DNA from: Eledone cirrhosa
Taxonomy: Eukaryota
Assembly (NCBI GenBank): GCA_964016885.1
Contig: OZ024741.1
Span: 384,152,001-384,216,000, forward strand
Direction of reading: 5' to 3'
DNA: 64,000 bases
The position numbers and the translations under genes were made by a program. The notes under the pieces are model-generated. The model ran no database searches. It was not told the DNA's origin and saw nothing but the letters and a program-made list of their open reading frames with translations. Below, in pieces: positions 1 through 12,969 of the stretch. Position 1 is the stretch's first letter. Each line of letters starts with the position of its first letter.

Positions 1-646
1 TGTTCAACACTGAAGTCAATGTTCTCGTCCGTGTTGTTGAACGTCTCATAGATTCTGTTCGCCATGTCTTGGGAAGATGTGAGGATGAGGATATCGTCCA
101 CGTACCTTGAGAAAAAGGCTACGGCGTTGGGGTGGCAGGCGTTGAGTGCCTTGCGTTCGAGGTTGTCCATGTAAGAGATTGCTAGCACACCTGATAGGCT
201 TGATCCCATGGGCAATCCCGAGGTTTGTTGGTATGTTTGGTCAAGGAATCCGAAGTAGGTGTTGTCGACGACGATGGATAGGAGTTGGTAGATGTCAGTG
301 GTGGTGAACCCGAAGCAGTGTAGGTCGGTGGATTGGACGCGTTCCATCAGTATATTGACGGCCGGGAGTGCCGGGACCGAGGTGTAGAGAGCGACTACAT
401 CAAGGCTGAAGGCATATCTGTTATTCCTTCTGGTGTCGGGATCCATTTGATGCAGGCGCTTCAACACCTCCTCGGAGCTGTTAACGTGTCCCGGTAAGGT
501 GTCTAAGATGGGTTTGAGTATTCTGGCTAGGAGCCATGAAATTTTGTAGAGTGGTCCCTCCACGCTCGATACGATGGGCCTGATCTTCAGGTCGGGTCCT
601 TGTTTGTGTGTTTTCACGAGGTGGTAGAAGGCGGGTAGTCGGGTAG
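1..646 (-). mobile_element. Penelope-like element reverse transcriptase fragment (runs off the window start)
   Basis: Manual minus-strand translation gives LPAFYHLVKTHKQGPDLKIRPIVSS...FSLDVVALYTSVP...QTSGLPMGSSLSGVLA...FSRYVDDI, which are PLE RT motifs. The 5' side ends at a short (TA)n near 647. Confidence 0.9.
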
Positions 647-669
647 ATATATATATCGATCGATTTTCG

Positions 670-905
670 TCAAATCGGACCGAGTAAACAATGTTTTTTG
701 GTTAGCTGTCCGCGTAGAGAAGGTCCTGAGTGGGCAAGTTGGATATCTAGTCCCTCTCGTCTGATAGCTCTGCGGATGGCTGTTGTTGTCTCGTCACTGA
801 AGTGTGGGAGCTTCAGGAAGCAGGTGTTAGTGCCTCGGGTGTGGTGTCCTCTGTTCTTTCTTGCACGGTTCGTGGTGGACGTCGGGTATCCGTTCAGTTT
901 GAACA
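670..905 (-). pseudogene. PLE thumb/linker fragment, out of order relative to the RT fragment
   Basis: ORF 670..912 reads LNGYP...CFLKLPHFSDETTTAIRRAIRREG. It is homologous to CFLKLPYFSEGITTAIRRAIFREG at 18665-18913. Confidence 0.75.
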
Positions 906-945
906 GATACAAGCTAATTAGAACACTGGATTAACCACTTTATTC

Positions 946-980
946 CCTCCGAAGAAGAGATAATATCTCGAAAATTAAGG
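946..980 (+). ncRNA. Minimal type I hammerhead-like motif in pLTR (variant core CCGAAGA)
   Basis: cct-CCGAAGA-a-gagat/aat/atctc-GAAA-at-TA-agg, with a palindromic AATT stem III. The core is non-canonical at U4. Confidence 0.55.
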
Positions 981-1691
981 TTATTTAAATAAATTTAAGG
1001 TAAAAGACTAATTACCAACAATATTTTTTGCATTTGCATTTATATTCTATATCCATACCTGCATTGTCTTGGCCTTACAACTACAAACGTTTATACCTCA
1101 TTACACAATGCTTCAAGTGAACTACAACTTCCTCCTTTCCTTACGCCTGAGCCAGGCCCAGTTCACAACTGTAAAGAAACTCTTCCAGCTATCTGAAAAG
1201 CGCGCCAAAGCCGGCTGCCAAATAAACTTCCTCAAACGATGCCTGAATAACAACATCATCCCCAAAGACACTCCACCAGACATGAGAGCCGCTGCAGGCT
1301 AGCCAACTGCCCCACTAACGACACAGCCCTATGCCACCAGGCTTACGTCGTATACAGATTAGAGTGCGCAAATGCAGCAATTTCTACGTAGGTAGCACCA
1401 CCAGACCACTTCACATAAGAATAAAAGAACACCTCAATACTAACGCTTCCTCATTTAAGAAACACCTAGTGAAATGCAAAAACACCGACAAAAACATAAC
1501 AGTTAGGATAGAATCTAAGGAAAGAATCCTCGGCAATCTTAGAATTAAGGAACCACTAATTATAGACAAAACACAACCACCAATCAATAACAGACTAGAA
1601 CTCAACACCCAATTTATAACATGATAGAGCACCTAACCCCACACTTACACCCCCTCTCACACACACGCACACGCATACACACACGCACACG

Positions 1692-1722
<31 letters not shown>

Positions 1723-2053
1723 ACACACACATGCTTACACCTCTACTTATTCTCTCTCATACACACACATACACACACATAGACCAGTTTTAACATGATA
1801 GAGCATCTAGCCCCCACATTTACGTATAGATATATCTTCTCACACTCACACACACACACACGCATACGTACGCCTTCACGTATTCTCCCACTCACTTAAA
1901 CATACATGTACAAAACCCCTTTTAAAGGAAGACTACGCTTTATCCACTTAACCTTCACTCTTTGACATTAGAGATAGAATGGAATCTCTATACCATTTCC
2001 TGTCAGCATGACTTGGCAAGCTAATTAGAACACTGGATTAACCCCTTTACTTC

Positions 2054-2088
2054 CCTCCGAAGAAGAGATATTATCTCGAAAATTAAGG
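2054..2088 (+). ncRNA. Second pLTR copy of the minimal hammerhead-like motif
   Basis: Same motif as 946-980. Confidence 0.55.
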
Positions 2089-2220
2089 ATATTTAAATAA
2101 ATTTAAGGTAAAAGACTAATTGTCAATAATATATTTTGCATTTGCATTTATATTCTATATCCATACCTGCATTGTCTTGGCCTTACAACTACAAACGTTT
2201 ATATATATATATATATATAT

Positions 2221-2418
2221 ATAACAAAGGAATTGTGGTAAGGAACCAGATGGACCATAACGCACCAGAGTACTCAATACTTAGGGTAGTAGAGTGGGAA
2301 ATAGGAAAAAGTATGACCCCGACGGCAGAGCTCAAGCTGTTTCGACGGCTATTTCAGTCCAGAAATAGCCGTCGAAACGGCTTGAGCTCTGCTGCCGGGG
2401 TCATAATTTTTCCCATAT
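2221..2418 (-). mobile_element. Solo fold-back pLTR of the PLE at 3075-5990, in (TA)n
   Basis: The long arm is the reverse complement of about 5855-5990. The region 2301-2418 is a near-perfect palindrome. (TA)n lies on both sides. Confidence 0.8.
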
Positions 2419-3224
2419 ATATATATATATATATATTCTCTTCCCTTCTCCTCCATACTCTCGTTTTTTTTCTCTCTTCCTCCCTCTCTCTATCCATCCG
2501 TCCATCCGTTCGGTTTTGATTGTTGACATGTTTACACGTGCCGTAGGAGCTTCTCTGTTCGCAATCTTTTACGACACATTTTTACCACCGTCGTTAAAAA
2601 AACCTTCTGGATTATCTCCCCTTCCCTTCTCCCTCTCATTTCCGGTTGTTCGTGTCTCTCTCTCAGTCTCTCTCGTATATAAGATAGTCAACACGACTAA
2701 TACCGGCTCTGAGTCGTAGCTGACCACCAGGTTTAAGTCTCTTAGGTTGGCCACAACTTACTTTCCCTATTTTACCACGGTTACTCATTTGCATGCTTCT
2801 TTCTCCTGTGTCTTCCCACGATGGGACCTGTTCACCTTTCATTTCTTCTATTATTTCTCCCTTTTCTCCTTTTTCCCCCCTCTCCTTTTTTTCTCTCCTT
2901 TTTTTCACTCTTTTTTTTTTCTCCGTTTTTTCGCACCTTTCTCTCTCCTTTTCCTCCTGGCTTTTGATTAATAAAAGGCCTTGGGCGCTCCCGATCTCTA
3001 TCGATGTCCTGTAATTCAGCGCCAAAACATCGGGTCGGGATATTTACAGCTGACGAAGGGTTTACGCTTGCCGTAAACCCTCTATCAGGCTTATTAACCC
3101 AACGAAGTCCGACATAGGGAGAATCAGCAAAAAAATCCTAGACCGCGTGATACCAAAAGTCAAGCAACACGCCCGACTTAGCTTATGAATCAACACCCAG
3201 GAAGTAATCTCATGGTTCAGCAAT

Positions 3225-4669
3225 ATGGAGGATAAACGAGACACTAAATTCATACAGTTCGACATAGAGAGCTACTATGCTTCAATCACCTTACCGCTAC
3301 TTACTGCTGCCTTGGACTTCGCCGAAACACTTGTACCCATCACCAACCAGGATAGAAAAATCATCCTCCACGCCAGAAAGACAGTCTTGCTCTTTGACGA
3401 CTCTAAATGGATAAAAAGAGCTTCCGACTCACCCTTCGACGTCAGCATGGGCGCCACGGATTCGGCGGAGGTCACAGATCTTATAGGATTATTCCTAATA
3501 GCCAAACTCACCGATATGTTTCCTGCATTCGGTGGTGGATTGTACCGTGATGATGGGCTCCTTACCCTTAAAAGGTACAACCCCAGTAGTACAGATCGGG
3601 TCCGGAAACAATTAATCAGCTTCTTCCGCGACTGGGGATTTAAAATAACCCTACAAACGTCCCTGACCCGAGTAAACTTCCTGGACGTGACCCTCGACCT
3701 CGAAAACGACCTGTACTACCCATACAGGAAACCTAATGACAACCTGCACTACATCTACCGCCGATCAAACCATCCTAGGAACATACCAACAACCTGGTCA
3801 AAAACATCTCCCTCCGCATATCCCGTTTGTCAGCTAATGAGCGGATATTCGATGAACATGCGCCTTATTACAACCAGGCCCTCAAGCAGAGTGGTTTCCG
3901 GGAGGAAATATCCTACTGTCCAGCTCCCATTAGCGGAACCAGCAGGAGACACCGCCGCTCACGCAATGTAACATGGTTCAATCCTCCCCACAACGGAGAG
4001 GTGACAACTCCCATCGGGAAACTATTCTTTAGGCTCATTGAAAAACACTTCCCACTACAACACCGCTACCACAACATAATTAACAAAAATACCATCAAAC
4101 TCTCTTACAGCACTACACCAAACTTCGCACAAAACATCGTCTCCTCTAACAACAAAAAACTCAACCCCGATAGAAGAAATAACCTAAATAGCAGTGGAGA
4201 GCCGACCAGGAGGTGCAACTGTCCGGATAGATCCATTTGCCCACTCGACAATAGATGCAGAGACCGTAATGTGATCTACCAGTGCAACGTGAGGACGGAC
4301 ACCTCCAACAAAGCTTATATAGGACGAACCGCATGTGACTTCAAGACCCGGCTATACCAACATAGACATACCTTCCGAAACCCGGCCCGGCGTCACGCCA
4401 CTACACTTTCGGGCCACATATGGGACCTCAAGGACAACAACATCACCTATGATCTGACTTGGAGATTACTTTCCAGAGCCATTTCTTACACGGGAGGACG
4501 CCGTCCGTGCAATTTATGCTCGGAGGAAACTTTACAAATGCTGTTTTCGACGGACCAACTCCTAAGCAAGAAAGATGAACTGGTTACTGCATGTAAACAT
4601 AGATTGCGTAGGACTTACCTCGCCCTCAAACCCCATAATGACCCGGGGGTGGGGGGGGGGCTAGACTAG
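3225..4669 (+). pseudogene. PLE RT plus GIY-YIG endonuclease ORF, frameshifted (ORFs 3225..3971 and 3827..4669)
   Basis: Motifs as listed for the element at 3075-5990. Confidence 0.9.
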
Positions 4670-5801
4670 GGCTATAACACCCTACTTGCCGATTTTGCAA
4701 TGGGTAACCCCTGCTTGCCAAGGGAGACGTAAGATGTTCTTTTTATTCTTTTATCGCTTCCTTTATTTCCTTCTTCCCCCATCTCTCCTTAGTCCTTCTA
4801 CCCCAGTTCTTCTTCTTTGTCGGCGTCTTTTCTCGCCCACCCGAGGCTGCCCTTTGGCTCATTGTAGCCTCAGTACCCCCACCCCCTCCCCTAATCTATG
4901 ATAGATTTGGCGGACTCCGCTTTTTATAGCAGTTGTGTTAGACCTCGGATACTTGCCCCCTTTTCCGACCGCTCCCCCTATTTTCCGTGCCTTCTATATT
5001 TCTTAGTGGCACTTATGCCTTATTTTCTCGTTTCAGTATTTTTTTTGTTCTCTTTTCTTTTGGGTGGGGTGGATTCTGAATTTATTTTTCCGTATTCTAC
5101 CTTTACTTCGTACGAACTTTCATGTAGCTTGTATAAGATCTTTTGTAGCGCGGCGGTACCTTTAGAGTTAGCATTAGTATATATTTTTTTCGGGACTCAG
5201 AATTATTATCTCGTACTAGTTTACTTTGCTGCACTGGGTGGTTGCTGGCCTTGTGCCCGGGATAGAAACCTTTATTATTTATTTCGTGGTAGTTTCTTTA
5301 GTATTTTGGCCCCATTTGTTGACCCGTCACCGTATGATTTACGTACTTATACCTCTTAAAAGGGTCCTTGCCTATTCCGTCCCACCTAGCTTATTTACTT
5401 ATTTCGTTATTTCTTTATTTCTTTCTTTATTTCTTTCTTTATTTATTTACTTATTTATCTAGCCTAACAATAGCTAGAGACTTAGGCCGTAGAACTTGCT
5501 TTTATACTCTTTTGTCTTTACACTTATTCGCTTTTCATCACTCTCAGTATTTTTTCTTTCATATATATATTTTTACCCCTCATTGTTCTACCTACCGTTT
5601 CGACTTCCTCCCCCTCCCCCTCCCCAGTATCTTCTTTGACCTCATGCCCAGCTGTAGCTGGCACTACCAACGCATGATTGGGTCTACTCCACCCCTCCCC
5701 TTTTTCTCCTACTGGCAGGTTTAGCCACCATATCCCCTACTAATTTGCAATCACAGAATTACTACTAACTTTTGACAATCACTTTGACCATATATGGAAT
5801 T

Positions 5802-5895
5802 ACCCCTTGAGAAGCTCGGCTATTTAAATACCAGGATAAATTTTCATTTAGTCCAGAATTAGCCGTCGAAACGGCTTGAGCTCAGCCGTCGGGGT
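5802..5895 (+). ncRNA. Type I hammerhead ribozyme, U3-A8 core variant, in pLTR
   Basis: acccc-TTGAGAA-[g..cggct...agccg.tc]-GAAA-cggct/tgagctc/agccg-TC-ggggt. The predicted GUC cleavage is after 5890. Stem I is extendable by ggaat/gttcc. Confidence 0.7.
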
Positions 5896-6007
5896 CTTAC
5901 TGGTTCCTATTACCCACTCTACTACCCTAAGTATTGAGTACTTTGGTGCGTTATGGTCCACCTGGTTCCTTACCACATTTCCTTCGTTATATATATATAT
6001 ATATATG

Positions 6008-6317
<310 letters not shown>

Positions 6318-6329
6318 ATACATATATAT

Positions 6330-6480
6330 GAACAAAGAGGGTATGGTAAGATACCAGGTGGACCATAATACACCAGAGTACTCAATACTTAGGGTAGTAG
6401 AGTGGTTAATATGAAAAGAGGCAAGACCCCGACGGCTGAGCTCCAGCCGTTTCGACAGCTAGATCCGAACTGACGTTTTC
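6330..6480 (-). mobile_element. Diverged solo pLTR fragment, same family as 5855-5990
   Basis: ggtaagataccaggtggaccataatacaccagagtactcaatacttagggtagtagagtgg...gaccccgacggctgagctccagccgtttcgac, between (TA)n tracts. Confidence 0.75.
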
Positions 6481-6579
6481 ATATATATATATATATATAC
6501 CCACACTGCCATTTTATATTTATTCCAAGAATTACCAAATTATTTCTGTTCCACTCTTCGTTTCTCCAATTACCACTTC

Positions 6580-6773
6580 ATGCTTTTCCATCCATCTTCC
6601 GTTATCCTTTCTTCTTTCGCTTTTCTTCTCATTCCTCTCCTTTCTCCCACATCTTTCTCTTTCCTCCTCCCTCTTTCTCTCTCCTTCTCTCTCGCCTTTC
6701 TTTTTCCCCTCTCTTTCTCCACTTTTTCTTTCTTCCTTTCTCTCTTCCTTCCCATCTCTTTCTCTCTCTTTCT

Positions 6774-6820
<47 letters not shown>

Positions 6821-6881
6821 TCTCTCTTCCTCGCCCTTTCTTTCTTCCTGGCTTTCTCTCTCCCTCCATTTCTATAACTAA

Positions 6882-6933
<52 letters not shown>

Positions 6934-7330
6934 GTTCTTCTGTTACCCTCCCCACTTTTCCTTCAATCCCACTCTTTCTCCTTCTCTAACACTCTGCCTG
7001 TGTATTTCTGTATGTTTCTCTCTCTTTCTTTCTCTTCCTCTCTTCATCTCACACACACACACATATACTCTCTTTCTTTCTCTGTCTCTCTTTTACTCTC
7101 TCGCTCATTAACGCTCACACGTACACACCTACTTCCTCACACATTCACATAAACACATACACTCACTCTCTTACTCCCAGACACGTACACAACTACTTCC
7201 TCACAAACATACACATACTCTCTCTCTCCCTTTCTCTCACTCTCTCTTTCACTCTCACTCTCTCTCGCTCTCTCTCTCTCTCTTACTCCCAGACACGTAC
7301 ACACATACTCTCTCTCTTTCTCTGCCCATC
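6580..7330. repeat. CT-rich and CA low-complexity tract
   Basis: (CT)n runs and pyrimidine-rich sequence. Confidence 0.9.
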
Positions 7331-7479
7331 CCAAAGTCATTGACTTCCCTATATCTCGACCACCATATCTGCCATTTCACACACAGACCATTAAGCTAAA
7401 CTATAGCAACAATAAATAACAATTACATGACCGATGTAAAATGTCAGCAAACTGAACTATTAACTGGAAATGTTATTAT

Positions 7480-7663
7480 CTTGGCAGTATCGGTAGAGAG
7501 TCGGACGCCATGCTTTGACGCATAGAGTTACGCCCCTTTATGGTCTGAGTTCAAATGCCGTCGAGGTTAACTTTGCCTTTCATCCTTACAGGGTCGATAA
7601 AATAAAGTACCAGTAATGTACTGGCGAATTGCTGGCCTTGTGCCAAAAGTAGAAACAGTTATT
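7480..7663 (+). mobile_element. tRNA-derived SINE, family 1
   Basis: A box tggcagtatcgg, B box gagttcaaatgcc, body gaggttaactttgcctttcatcc...gtcgataaaataaagtaccag, tail gccttgtgccaaaagtagaaac. Many copies occur in the window. Confidence 0.85.
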
Positions 7664-7733
7664 ATCAGCTGTATTGCGCAAACTCTCATCTTTACTTCCT
7701 GCTCTCTCACCACCAATACCTACACTCTCAAAA

Positions 7734-9530
7734 CACTACCCGCACTCTCACCACCACGACCCACACTCTCGTCACTACCCACGCTCTCATCACTACCCGC
7801 ACTCTGACCACCACGACCCACACTCTCGTCACTACCCACACTCTCATCACTACCCGCACTCTCACCACCACGACCCACACTCTCGTCACTACCCACATTC
7901 TCATCACTACCCTCACTCTCACCACCACGACCCACACTCTCGTCACTACCCACACTCACAGCACTACCCGCACTCTCACCACCACGACCCACACTCTCGT
8001 CACTACCTACACTATCATCACTACCCGCAATCTCACCACCACGACCCACACTCTCATCACTACCCACACTCTCATCACTACCCGCACTCTCACCACCACG
8101 ACCCACACTCTCGTCACTACCCACACTCTCATCACTACCCGCACTCTCACCACCACGACCCACACTCTCGTCACTACCCACACTCTCATCACTACCCGCA
8201 ATCTCACCACCACGACCCACACTCTCGTCACTACCTACACTCTCATCACTACCCGCACTCTCACCACCACGACTCACACTCTCGTCACTACCCACACTCT
8301 CATCACTACCCGCACTCTCACCACCACGACCCACACTCTCGTCACTACCCACACTCTCATCACTACCCGCACTCTCACCACCACGACTCACACTCTCGTC
8401 ACTACCCACGCTCTCATCACTACCCGCACTCTCACCACCACGACCCACACTCTCGTCACTACCCACACTCTCATCACTACCCGCACTCTCACCACCACGA
8501 CCCACACTCTCGTCACTACCCACATTCTCATCACTACCCTCACTCTCACCACCACGACCCACACTCTCGTCACTACCCACACTCACATCACTACCCGCAC
8601 TCTCACAACCACGACCCACACTCTCGTCACTACCTACACTATCATCACTACCCGCAATCTCACCACCACGACCGACACTCTCGTCACTACACACACTCTC
8701 ATCACTACCCGCACTCTCACCACTACGACCCACACTCTCGTCACTACCCACATTCTCATAACTACCCGCACTCTCACCACCACGACCCACACTCTCGTCA
8801 CTACCCACACTCTCATCACTACCCGCAATCTCACCACCACGACCCACACTCTCGTCACTACCTACACTCTCATCACTACCCGCACTCTCACCACCACGAC
8901 TCACACTCTCGTCACTACCCACATTCTCATAACTACCCGCACTCTCACCACCACGACCCACACTCTCGTCACTACCCACACTCTCATCACTACCCTCACT
9001 CTCACCACCACGACCCACACTCTCGTCACTACCCACACTCTCATCACTACCCGCACTCTCACCACCACGACCCACACTCTCGTCACTACCCACACTCTCA
9101 TCACTACCCGCACTCTCACCACCACGACCCACACTCTCGTCACTACCCACACTCTCATCACTACCCGCACTCTCACCACCACGACCCACACTCTCGTCAC
9201 TACCCACACTCTCATCACTACCCGCACTCTCACCACCACGACCCACACTCTCGTCACTACCTACACTCTCATCACTACCCGCACTCTCACCACCACGACC
9301 CACACTCTCGTCACTACCTACACTCTCATCACTACCCATAATCTCATTACTACTACCCACACTCTCGTCACTACCTACACTCTCATCACTACCCGCACTC
9401 TCACCACCACGACCCACACTCTCGTCACTACCTACACTCTCATCACTACCCATATTCTCATTACTACTACCCACACTCTCGTCACTACCTACACTCTCAT
9501 CACTACCCATACTCTCATTAATACTATCCA
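7734..9530. repeat. 57-bp minisatellite (18+21+18 subunits), about 30 units, decaying to about 9720
   Basis: Unit cactacccgcactctcac-caccacgacccacactctcgt-cactacccacactctcat. It produces the His-rich (+) and GSDESV (-) ORFs. Confidence 0.95.
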
Positions 9531-10772
9531 CACTCCCATCACTACTACCCCCACTCTAATCACTACTACCTACACCCTCAACATTACAACCCACACTACC
9601 TCTCTACTACCCACATTTACTACCTCCCACACATTCACTACTATTACCCACACTTTCATCTCTACTACTCACACTCACATTACAACTACCTGCACTCATA
9701 TGTCTACTACCCACATATGTCATCTTTACAGCCCCCTCTTTTTATACTTACTGGTCACTAGACTGGCACTTTGTTTATCGACCCTGAAAGAAGGAACACC
9801 AAAGTTAACCTCGGTGAGATTTTAGCTTAGAGCGTAGGAACCTGAAACAACCAAACTCTGCAAGTATTTATATCTAATGACTCTACCATTTTGTCGGCTA
9901 AAAATATAGCTTAATGAGGTTGTTTGCTTGCAAATGAATCGAATATTATTATTATTCGATATAAAAGTCACAAATATATTTACGTATCCGCTATGTTAGA
10001 GCGCAAAATGAAATTCTAATTTTGTTTTTAACTTTTATTTAATTGACCAAAACACTATGCTGCATCAACAGGAAAAATTGAAGGTTTAAAGTGAAGACCA
10101 TGGACACTGATGCTATCCTCACAGATGACAAGCCTATAATTGGACTAGTCGAGGGAGGATATATCAATACAAGAAATGGTATTGATGATGTAACAAACGA
10201 ATATATGCAATGCAGCAGGAAATTAAATAATTCCAAACCTTTAGTTGAAAGAACCAGAAACGAAATCCGAGCAGCTCACTGCTGATGAAACTATCGTAAT
10301 CTGCAAATTACTGAAGCAACAAGCCTCCAAAACTACAGGACTGTAATATGCTGTTCTACAGCTTACAAAACCTTAACTACAATAATATAACAGAGTATGA
10401 ATAACAACCAAGAAAAATTGATTTCGAATACACATGCAGTGGCAGTATAATCAACCATCTTTTGAATATGAAAGATATTTATTTATACGCTACAGTTGAT
10501 AAGCAACTAGAAACACTGCTCCAGGTAATACACTGATTTACGAGAGAAATTGATATAAAATTCGGGTTACAAATATGCACCAGGGAGAAAATTTATTTTA
10601 AATTATGATGACAATATTAATTAACTAGACAGAGTAAAACACAACATGTGGTTAGAATATCTCGAGAAAGAACCGCTCGACAGATTTTACGAACAAAACA
10701 AACCGGTAGGAGATCCAGAGTAGACCCCGAGCAAGATGGTTGGATAACAAATATGAGCTTGGCTGGTCTCCC

Positions 10773-10862
10773 TCAAGAAGAAGAAGAAGAAGAAGAAGAA
10801 GAAGAAGAAGAAGAAGAAGAAGAAGAAGAAGAAGAAGAAGAAGAAGAAGAAGAAGAAGAAGG
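10773..10862. repeat. (GAA)n microsatellite
   Basis: Direct read of the sequence. Confidence 0.95.
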
Positions 10863-11449
10863 AATACAGCACACACAATATCCCAGTGACAGATTATATT
10901 TGCAACAATTAATATATCCATTGAAGTACAATATAAATACGTACTATAAAAATAATGAGAAATAGCTACAAAACACAAATAAAACAAAAAAAAATCATTT
11001 TTGTCGTCAGAGAAGCCAAACTTTATAAAACAGAAACTGAATTTGACAGACAGTTGTAGTGAGAGAAACAACAGATATTATCATGAAAATATAAGCTGAA
11101 CATACCTATAACAATGTCAATAAATGTGATTATATAGTCAATATCCGAGACAATCGAACAAGAAGAAAACTGATACAGAAAAATCTCAGCAATTGCTGAG
11201 AGGCGTAGGATTCAATGCTAAGACTGAAAAGTATTTTTTTTTTTTTTTTTTTTATTATTACGGTACATGAGCAAAGCCTTCCCATTAGAAACTACCAAAT
11301 GTTCGTAACAGTGGAATATATGGAGGTTGAGAAGAAAGAATTAATCCCTTTTCCCTCTGGCTGTCCAGTCTCACAAATATATTTACAAGCATAACACAGT
11401 TGAGACTTTCATACACTGAAAATTATGCCAGTATTATAACGTAGTTTTT

Positions 11450-11632
11450 TTACTTTGGCACAAGACCTGCAATTTAAAATGGTGCCAGTACTTGATTAGA
11501 AGTTTATTTTATCGATCCCGGAAGGATGGAAGGCAAGATTAACCTCGACAAAGTTTGAACTCAGACTGTAAACAGCCGGGCCAATGCCGCAAAACATTTT
11601 TCTCGAATATTTAATGATTCTGCCAATCCACC
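11450..11632 (-). mobile_element. tRNA-derived SINE, family 1, diverged
   Basis: ttggcacaagacc...ttatcgatcccggaaggatggaaggcaag..aacctcg...tttgaactcag. Confidence 0.7.
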
Positions 11633-11959
11633 AGTATTATAAAATACGAATAGAAAAAGATAGTGTATGAACATACACAAGAAAATAACAATGCTACCAT
11701 ATTCGGAGATATATCTAATGTATGCAGAAAGTAGGATCAAGGATAAGCTGTCAGAATATTATCAAAGACCACCAGAAAAAGAAGTGCTTCCTAGTCAATG
11801 TATAATTGAAACATGATATCTCAGTAATGGAAATTGATCCGGTCATTGTGAACCCGTAACTCCATAAGTAATTGTAAAGCTACCGTCGTGACTTACAGCG
11901 TGACTTATACATTTTAAATCTGATGAATCTTATCTCTCTCCTGATGGCAACATAGCCGT

Positions 11960-12412
11960 TTTTATTTTCCAGAAAAGGAGACAATGCGCGATAAAGTGAT
12001 AAAGAGAGATAGAGGAAGAATTGGTCCCCATTCCAATCTAATTCAATCCAATCAAGGGTCATCTCACTCCTGTTAGACTACATCTCCTTGGTTAATCTCT
12101 ACCACTGTTTGATTTTGGTCATGTCAGGAGTGTAGCCGCACTCCCCACGCTTGGCCAATTGTGAGTTGTTGAGGCTATTTAACCCATATTTGGTCTGGAC
12201 GGACTTTAACTCTGAGGAGTTCCCCCGCCCTTTTAACAGCTCTTTGTTTGTTTGGGGGTTCTTTTGTGTGTGTGCTACTAGAATTTCACATACCTTCTTC
12301 ACCAGACAAGAGTCTGGCGAGTGAGCCGGTTTAATCACCGACCACATGGCCATGAAACAGGTTGTACTGGGTTATACGGTACCAGTAACAGGCAGATGTC
12401 TCACCTGACCCC
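11960..12412 (-). mobile_element. 5' region of an RTE-type LINE
   Basis: Homologous to 51986-52250 and 63568-64000. Confidence 0.55.
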
Positions 12413-12672
12413 CATTACTGATAATTTATTTATCGATCTTGAAAGGGTAAAAGGCAAAATTGACCTCAGGGTGCAATGAGCCGGTACACATATATATGTA
12501 TTTTTAGTCCGACGCCCTAACGTCGCTGCCAATTCTTCCCCTTCATATAGAGATATGGAAATAGAAATAACCAGAATGTAGGATATGAAAACAGAAACAA
12601 CCCATAGATATCATTTTTTTAAATATGCAAACAAATACATAACCCCAACTCCAGGACTTTATACATCTAAAT

Positions 12673-12969
12673 CAGTCGTGGGCAACCTGCGGCCCGAGAA
12701 GTTTTCTGAATGGCTCGCCTAAGTCACTAAGTCACCAAAGTTAAATTTTCCTGACTTTTTCACCCAAACTTTTCAGTCATGATTTATCTTTCTACCATTT
12801 TTTTGATCGAGGAAAGCAACCTGTATGAATTCTGAAGAAACACATCGAAACAACCTGAGTTACCGCTCTTTTTTTATGTGGGCACGAATGTAAATTAGCG
12901 CTTACGGCCCGCCTGATAATGAGCTATATCTCATGCGGCTCGATTCTCGAAAAAGGTTGCCTATGCCTG
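12673..12969. mobile_element. hAT-type MITE
   Basis: TIRs cagtcgtgggcaacct / aggttgcctatgcctg. The 8-bp TSD is atctaaat / atctagat (nTCTAGAn-type target). Confidence 0.85.

Larger units (their letters stand above)
910..2200 (+). mobile_element. Internally deleted PLE with direct pseudo-LTRs (about 910-1090 and 2017-2200), an N-terminal fragment and a GIY-YIG fragment
   Basis: An ~180-bp direct repeat begins caagctaattagaacactggattaacc. ORF 1069..1302 is the N-terminus (QINFLKRCLNNNIIPK). ORF 1331..1624 is the GIY-YIG part (CSNFYVGSTTRPLHIRIKEH...IKEPLIIDKTQPPIN). The element ends in (TA)n. Confidence 0.8.
3075..5990 (+). mobile_element. 5'-truncated Penelope-like element with long 3' UTR and pLTR (tentatively Nematis-like)
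   Basis: RT motifs are KPSIRLINPTKSDIGRISK, QFDIESYY, VSMGATDSAEV and GLYRDDGL. After a frameshift near 3790 come WFNPP, CNC..CPLDNRC, VIYQC, YIGRT, FKTRLYQH and CNLCSEE (GIY-YIG). There is an in-frame stop at about 3187. The element ends in (TA)n. Confidence 0.92.

Noticed and set aside
3003-3085. Type III hammerhead (GTC-ctgtaa...ttacag-CTGACGA-hairpin)
   Set aside because: There is no GAAA after stem II, and the hairpin is explained by the truncation junction.
4898-5724. Hydrophobic ORFs as membrane proteins
   Set aside because: This is the T-rich PLE 3' UTR, and the composition alone explains the translation.
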